Below, one piece after another: positions 26,918-32,000 of a stretch of 32,000 bases of DNA. The position numbers and the translations under genes were made by a program. This stretch comes from Psychrobacter sp. DM4 (GTDB lineage: Bacteria; Pseudomonadota; Gammaproteobacteria; Pseudomonadales; Moraxellaceae): positions 270,001 through 302,000 of the forward strand of contig NZ_CP195536.1 of NCBI RefSeq assembly GCF_051307035.1. Direction: 5' to 3'. Position 1 is the first letter of the stretch; each line of letters opens with the position of its first letter. The notes beneath the pieces were generated by a model, which saw only the letters and a list, made by a program, of their open reading frames with translations, was not told the DNA's origin and ran no database searches.

Positions 26918-28036
26918 TTATTGAATATCATCTGGCAGTATAACGCTCTCGATAGTCATCGCATCACGAATCTTGTCCATGGCGTTCTTTTCGATTTGAC
27001 GAACACGCTCAGCAGATATCGAATAGACGGCCGCTAGCTCATGCAAGGTTGACTTTTGCTCTGTGAGCCAGCGCTGCTCAACGATATCGCGCGAACGATC
27101 ATCTAAAGTATCCATAGCAGCCAGTAGTGCTGAAGAATTATTCTCTTCCCAATCCGCTTCCTCTAACTGCTCGGCAGGATCGATACCATCCTCTAAGAAC
27201 AGCTGCGGGGCATAACGACCATCATCATCGCTAGACTGAGCTTCAAACGAGGCATCATAAGAGGTCAGACGTGACTCCATCTCGAGCACTTGCTTGCGCG
27301 TGACATTTAAATCATTGGCGATAGCATCCGCTTCTTCTAGTGTCAGCTGGTTATTGGTCTTTTTAAGGCTACGCAGATTAAAGAATAATTTACGATGCGC
27401 TTTGGTAGTCGCTACTTTGACGATACGCCAATTACGAATGACGAACTCATGAATTTCAGCTTTGATCCAATGTACGGCAAAGGAGACGAGACGCACGCCT
27501 TTGTTTGGATCAAAACGTTTGACCGCTTTCATCAGTCCCAAATTACCTTCTTGAATCAAATCTGCTTGCGGTAAGCCGTAACCTGAATAGCTACGCGCGA
27601 TATGAATAACAAAACGCAGATGTGACATGACTAGCAGACGCGCCGCTTCGACATCGCCTTCGTCATGATAACGATGGGCAAGCTCCTGCTCTTGGGTCGG
27701 CGTCAAGATAGGAATTTGATGTACCGTATTGATATACGCGCCCAAGTTCACCCCAGGAGCTGATAGATGCGTTGGCATCGCAGGAACCAAGTCGCGAGTA
27801 CTCGTATCCCCTAATTTACTCGCGTCATAAGGCGGTCTTTGTGCTGCAGCCTTGAGTGCTGCGGTGCGAGCCTCGTTTTTGGCAGGCGTCAAAGTCTTGC
27901 CTGAAGCGGTTTTTATGTTCGACGTTTCGTCATTTGACACTATATCTTTTGACACTGTGCTATCAGATGCGCTTTTGTCTTGCACCTTGTCCTTTTTTGA
28001 ACGGTTATTATTGTCTATTGCTGATTTGGTAGCCAT
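26918..28036 (-). CDS. rpoH: RNA polymerase sigma-32 (heat-shock sigma factor), ORF with an 86-codon N-terminal extension
   Basis: From LSAPGVNLGAYI onward it is collinear with E. coli RpoH, including GYGLPQADLIQEGNLGLMKAVKRFDP and the RpoH box KAHRKLFFNLR. An alternative start at 27778 would give 286 aa, the usual size. Confidence 0.9.
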   Translation of the reverse strand: MATKSAIDNNNRSKKDKVQDKSASDSTVSKDIVSNDETSNIKTASGKTLTPAKNEARTAALKAAAQRPPYDASKLGDTSTRDLVPAMPTHLSAPGVNLGAYINTVHQIPILTPTQEQELAHRYHDEGDVEAARLLVMSHLRFVIHIARSYSGYGLPQADLIQEGNLGLMKAVKRFDPNKGVRLVSFAVHWIKAEIHEFVIRNWRIVKVATTKAHRKLFFNLRSLKKTNNQLTLEEADAIANDLNVTRKQVLEMESRLTSYDASFEAQSSDDDGRYAPQLFLEDGIDPAEQLEEADWEENNSSALLAAMDTLDDRSRDIVEQRWLTEQKSTLHELAAVYSISAERVRQIEKNAMDKIRDAMTIESVILPDDIQ

Positions 28037-28108
28037 ATTCTTGACCTTTAGTATTCTTAACTAAGTAAGCAAAGTTGTATTTGTATTAATTGTAAAGGAT
28101 AGCAGCGC

Positions 28109-28579
28109 TTAGTTACTATCAGTTTTGGTAATGATGAAGTGATATATTGTATCGAATGATGTTGCTAAATTGCTATCTGCCTCACGCTTATCTGAGAGGG
28201 ACGTGACCGTATTGATCGATAACGACAGCGCGCTTGCGGCATTTGTCATCTGGCTTTGCTCGCAAAAAGCCATAATGTCGGCTTGTGAATTAGGATCTGT
28301 AGCCACGACGTATAGAGAGTCATCATTTGCAAGCTGACGAAGTGCTACTTTGGTTTTGAGTAGGGGCATAGGACAGGCAAGTCCTTGCCCATCGACGAAC
28401 GCTTTTATTGATATGATAGAGGTAGCCAAAGATCGTGTCTTCTCACTAGAGTGCGACTGAGCAATATCTCTATCTAGCAGCCCTAGTAGGGGTTGCGCCA
28501 GTCGCTGCTCTGTAGCAGATAGTGCTGAGATATCATAGGTCGTGTCTGGCTTGTGAGTAGAAACGTGTTCGATGGACAT
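28109..28579 (-). CDS. TusA/SirA-like sulfurtransferase-domain protein with extra N-terminal and internal segments
   Basis: GLACPMPLLKTKVALRQL carries the CPxP active-site motif of the TusA family. I chose the start at 28579 (MSIEHV..) because AAGGGG lies about 9 nt upstream. The ORF track extends to 28651. Confidence 0.65.
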   Translation of the reverse strand: MSIEHVSTHKPDTTYDISALSATEQRLAQPLLGLLDRDIAQSHSSEKTRSLATSIISIKAFVDGQGLACPMPLLKTKVALRQLANDDSLYVVATDPNSQADIMAFCEQSQMTNAASALSLSINTVTSLSDKREADSNLATSFDTIYHFIITKTDSN

Positions 28580-28808
28580 AGAGAATGACCCCTTCATGCG
28601 GTAGCGTATCATTGTAGCAAATAGCAGCGTGTTGGTTGTAGTTGAATACACTCAACAGTATGTTTGACTCACTGAAATGATGAGCGACTGTTGCTAAAAA
28701 GTGACACCTGCTTGGATATTGGTAGTTATCTCTAGGCTAAAATTGACCTTGTATAAACAAGCTCGTATAGTCAAAGCTGACATCTTAGTCATCTGATAGG
28801 ATACGCCT

Positions 28809-30464
28809 TTGTACTACTCAAATCTGAAGCGTGCTAATACAAGAGCAGCCAACCGTTTACTTATAAATAGTGACGCAAACCAAAAGCCAAAAGAGGCAGG
28901 CAAGATTGTTCTCAAGCCTTTGCTATCAGTAGCGCTTATCTGTGTAGTGTCCACAATGCCATGGGTCGAGGCTACATCGGCAGCTACCTTGTTTACTGGT
29001 AATTCCTGGCAAACTTCAGAGTCAGAGACCCTAGAGCTGCCAAACTTACGTGGCTCAGGACTGAGCTTTGATGAGCAATATCAAAATAAAATGCTCGGTG
29101 CATGGTCGCTACAGAATATCAATGGCCGAGTCAAAATGGAGCATGACCCTTGGATTCAAGAGACCATTAAAGATATGACATGGCGCATTAATGCCCAAGC
29201 GCGCCAGCAAGCGCCGCTTGGGCTTGTGCTCATCGATAATTCAAGCATTAATGCCTTTGCAGCGCCAGGTGGCGTCATCGGTATCAATACAGGTACGATA
29301 CTCGCCGCAGGCAGTATGGATGAGCTGGCAAGCGTTATCGCTCACGAGGTGGCGCACATCAGTCAGCGTCATTACGAGAGCGGCGCTGACGCGCGCAAAA
29401 AGGCACTACTATTACAAATAGGCGGCATGCTAGCTGCAATCGCGGCTTCCGCTGTCGATGGCAATGCAGCCGCTGCGGTAATGGCGGGTAGTCAGACTGC
29501 GTCCATGAATAGTAGTATGGCGTTTAGTCGTAGCAATGAGCGTGAGGCAGATCGCGTCGGCATGCAAATCATGACGCAAGCGGGCTATGATCCAAGGGCG
29601 ATGCCAAGCTTCTTTGCCACCATGAATCAAAGAAGTCAGCTCAACCAGACTGCCAATCAGTTCATGCCAAGTTTTGTACGCTCGCATCCTTTGAGTAACG
29701 AGCGCTTAAGCGAAGCACAAACACGGGCCCAGCGCTATTCTTCATTGACCTTGTCCCAGCAGCAGCGTCATCAAGCGCTATTTGATTTATTGCATTGGCG
29801 CGTACAGGTCACAGGTAAGCATGTGTCTGAGATTACCCTAAAGACTGCAGCTAATAACAGCCTAGGTGCTAAAGTGGCGCTACTGTACTGGTATGGCGAT
29901 CAGCAGCGTTATTCTGAAGCTGAAGATATGATGACCAAATTGCAATCGCTACCGATTGCGCAGCGCCAAATGCTAGAGCCTTTATTGTCTATTACTTACA
30001 GTCAAATACTCAGTGATCAAAGCAAGTGGCAGCAGGCAGTAGAGGTATTACAAAGTCAGCAGCGCCTGTATCCTGAGCGCCGTGACCTACGTCTGTATCT
30101 AGCCGAAGCTCTGACCAATAGCAATCAGCCTACCCAAGCCCAAGTCCTACTAAAACCACTAACGCAGCAGGAGCCAAGCGATCGTTACGCGTGGCAAAGT
30201 ATGCAACTGGCAAATGAAAAATTAGCCAAAACGACAGAGATAACGGCGCTAGCAAATATCGCTACTATCAATGCGCTGCGTTACCGTAGTCAAAACCAGT
30301 TGTGGAGCGGTCGCTACGACAGTGCTCTGACATCGCTTAATCAGGCCAAGCAGTTGAGTGAGCAACTACAAAACACCGCGCAAGCTAATAGTGCTCCGCC
30401 TTTGCTCGCTAACATTAGAGCTGAGATCAAAAACGTCAAAACTGCCAAAAGCTTTGAGCCTTAA
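28809..30464 (+). CDS. M48-family zinc metalloprotease with a C-terminal TPR-like region (BepA/YfgC-like)
   Basis: HEVAHISQRH (HExxH) plus the downstream NEREADRVG. The signal peptide is LLSVALICVVSTMPWVEA. The only start that keeps the signal peptide is the TTG at 28809, directly after an in-frame stop, so the start is uncertain. Confidence 0.8.
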   Translation: MYYSNLKRANTRAANRLLINSDANQKPKEAGKIVLKPLLSVALICVVSTMPWVEATSAATLFTGNSWQTSESETLELPNLRGSGLSFDEQYQNKMLGAWSLQNINGRVKMEHDPWIQETIKDMTWRINAQARQQAPLGLVLIDNSSINAFAAPGGVIGINTGTILAAGSMDELASVIAHEVAHISQRHYESGADARKKALLLQIGGMLAAIAASAVDGNAAAAVMAGSQTASMNSSMAFSRSNEREADRVGMQIMTQAGYDPRAMPSFFATMNQRSQLNQTANQFMPSFVRSHPLSNERLSEAQTRAQRYSSLTLSQQQRHQALFDLLHWRVQVTGKHVSEITLKTAANNSLGAKVALLYWYGDQQRYSEAEDMMTKLQSLPIAQRQMLEPLLSITYSQILSDQSKWQQAVEVLQSQQRLYPERRDLRLYLAEALTNSNQPTQAQVLLKPLTQQEPSDRYAWQSMQLANEKLAKTTEITALANIATINALRYRSQNQLWSGRYDSALTSLNQAKQLSEQLQNTAQANSAPPLLANIRAEIKNVKTAKSFEP

Positions 30465-30546
30465 GCAGTTTATATGAAAGGGTTTATGCTAAGTCGTTTA
30501 AGTCAAATGGCTTGCATGAAGCGGTTGTTTTAGGCGTATGGCAGTA

Positions 30547-30996
30547 TTAGCCTTGTAGAGCGTCTTTGACTAATTTTGAGATGATTGCTGGATCAGCGCG
30601 ACCTGCGGTTTTGCTTTTGAGCGCGCCCATGACACTACCCATATCACGCATTGAGGTCGCACCTTGTGCTGTAATCTCAGCGTTAACCAAAGCGGCAAGC
30701 TCGCTATCGTCCATTTGTTTTGGCATAAAACCATTGATAATATCAATCTCGAACTGCTCTTTGGTCGCTAGATCTTCACGATTATTTTCAGTAAAAATAG
30801 TGAGCGACTCATGACGCTGTTTAAGCTGCTTTTGCAAGACGTCTAAAACGTCAGCATCATCAAGCTGCGTTTGACGGTCAATCTCGATCTGTTTGATGAC
30901 GGCTTGTACATTACGCAGCACTTTTACACGCTCAAGCTCGCGGGCTTTCATCGAAACTTTGATACTGTCAGATAACGTTTGTTTAAGATCGCTCAT
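30547..30996 (-). CDS. GatB/YqeY domain-containing protein
   Basis: 149 aa. The motifs L...MKA......LR...A.IKQ.EID and GALK....GRAD...IS.LVK are typical of YqeY. It lies downstream of rpsU. Confidence 0.85.
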   Translation of the reverse strand: MSDLKQTLSDSIKVSMKARELERVKVLRNVQAVIKQIEIDRQTQLDDADVLDVLQKQLKQRHESLTIFTENNREDLATKEQFEIDIINGFMPKQMDDSELAALVNAEITAQGATSMRDMGSVMGALKSKTAGRADPAIISKLVKDALQG

Positions 30997-31090
30997 CGTT
31001 GTTGTTCCTTGTGGTTTAATGCAAGTATTGATAGCTAAAAGCTAATGGGTAAACGCCGGGTACAAAACACAATGCTAAAAAGTGTAGCAT

Positions 31091-31128
31091 AAAAAACGCT
31101 GCTGATATCAATCGATAGCAGCAGCGTT
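31091..31128 (-). terminator. Rho-independent terminator/attenuator between rpsU and yqeY
   Basis: aacgctgctg / cagcagcgtt 10-bp stem (31095-31104 / 31119-31128). On the minus-strand RNA it is followed by a U-run (complement of A 31091-31096). Confidence 0.65.
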
Positions 31129-31176
31129 GGTATAGCACTTGTAGTACTCACATTTAAGCTATTGGCTCAATAGTAA

Positions 31177-31392
31177 TTAGTACATACGAGTAGTACGGAT
31201 CGTTTCGCGTTGCAATTTTTTCTTATAACGCTTAACAGCAGCGGCTTTTTTGCGCTTGCGCTCTTGCGTTGGTTTTTCATAAAATTCGCGTTTGCGTACG
31301 TCTGATAGAACGCCAGCTTTTTCACAAGCACGCTTAAAACGGCGGATAGCGATATCTACGGGTTCGTTTTCTTTAACCTTAACAGCAGGCAT
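31177..31392 (-). CDS. rpsU: 30S ribosomal protein S21
   Basis: [49 protein letters not shown] is nearly collinear with E. coli S21. Confidence 0.97.
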   Translation of the reverse strand: MPAVKVKENEPVDIAIRRFKRACEKAGVLSDVRKREFYEKPTQERKRKKAAAVKRYKKKLQRETIRTTRMY

Positions 31393-31522
31393 TGAGACTC
31401 CTTATCGGGATGAGATATAAAGGCATTAGTTTGGCTGTGTATTAGTATTTAGCCGTAATATCTCAAGATTACAGGCATCAGCTCAAACTAGGATAGCTTA
31501 TGCAAACAGCATAAGGGCGGTA

Positions 31523-31551
31523 ATTATACTCAAAAAATAAGATAAAGTCAA
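31523..31551 (-). promoter_or_regulatory. Candidate sigma-70 promoter of rpsU
   Basis: On the minus strand: -35 TTGACT (31551-31546), 17-nt spacer, -10 TATAAT (31528-31523). A 7-bp hairpin cttatgc/gcataag (31498-31516) would lie in the leader. Confidence 0.5.
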
Positions 31552-31727
31552 AATATTTACACGGTTTTATACCGATAATAAGGCTAAGTTGAGACTAGAG
31601 CGTCCCTTAAAATGTAATGGTCGCGCACAAAAAGTCCATACGGTTTATACGTATTAAAAGCAGTTTATGTTATGATAATTTTATATTACCACAACTTATT
31701 CAGATTGATTTTTACAAGGATTTTGGG

Positions 31728-32000
31728 ATGAAGAAGACAGTACTAAACGCATCACTATGGACAGCATTGCTCATCGGCTCAGGTATAGCTCTTAGCGCTT
31801 GCGGCGGCAGCGTAGAAGGTTCTCATGATGTTTTGGCTGTTGAACGCGTTAACGATGCGGCAAATCTAGCTCGTGCAAATGCTCCTGAAGCCGAGGATTT
31901 TGAATTTCCAGCAACGACGCCGATGGTTGTTGCTGAGACGGCTACTACAGATGAGATGGCAATGGCAACAGATATGCCCGTAGAAGCTGGCGCGCCTGCA
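31728..32000 (+). CDS. Putative lipoprotein, 3'-truncated by the window edge
   Basis: I translated this by hand, as it is not in the ORF track. It reads MKKTVLNASLWTALLIGSGIALSACGGS.. with lipobox LSAC, and the frame stays open to nt 32000. Confidence 0.55.
   Translation, partial: MKKTVLNASLWTALLIGSGIALSACGGSVEGSHDVLAVERVNDAANLARANAPEAEDFEFPATTPMVVAETATTDEMAMATDMPVEAGAPA

Noticed and set aside
28809-28960. Possibility that the BepA-like gene is 5'-truncated or a pseudogene because it has no ATG start
   Set aside because: The frame opens right after an in-frame stop and a TTG is available. An intact signal peptide and the full HExxH domain follow. A non-ATG start is more parsimonious than a pseudogene, although the exact start is uncertain.

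Overview
The window looks like a gammaproteobacterial chromosome. The protein sequences feel Moraxellaceae/Psychrobacter-like, but that is my inference and I could not verify it. Most of it is ordinary core backbone: pgsA (5'-truncated by the window edge), two tandem GSP26/PNPOx-like paralogs, purL, pdxJ, an AmiD-like lipoprotein amidase, a MOSC protein, rsfS, nadD, pta-ackA, lptM-like/lysA/dapF/xerC, a C-N hydrolase, rpoN-hpf, a ThiS-like/DUF423/rpoH/TusA-like cluster, a BepA-like M48 protease, yqeY and rpsU. I found no tRNA, rRNA, CRISPR array, transposase or integrase.

The non-core material sits in two places.

1. Downstream of purL, about 5967-9390.
- The last 78 nt of purL and its terminator region occur twice as diverged direct repeats. 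The repeats bracket a GC-rich imperfect palindrome and a HigB-2/HigA-2-type toxin-antitoxin pair.
- Next comes a strongly AT-rich two-gene cassette of unknown function: a 71-aa soluble protein and a 258-aa polytopic membrane protein.
- After that are a small acidic ORF and a decayed class-I glutamine amidotransferase pseudogene.

2. At 11209-12396, a single AT-rich gene is wedged between core genes. It encodes a CoiA-like PD-(D/E)xK nuclease-type protein with a cysteine-rich C-terminal half.

These two islands are the best candidates for undescribed (defence-like) functions. All functional calls rest on motif recognition by eye, and no database search was possible.
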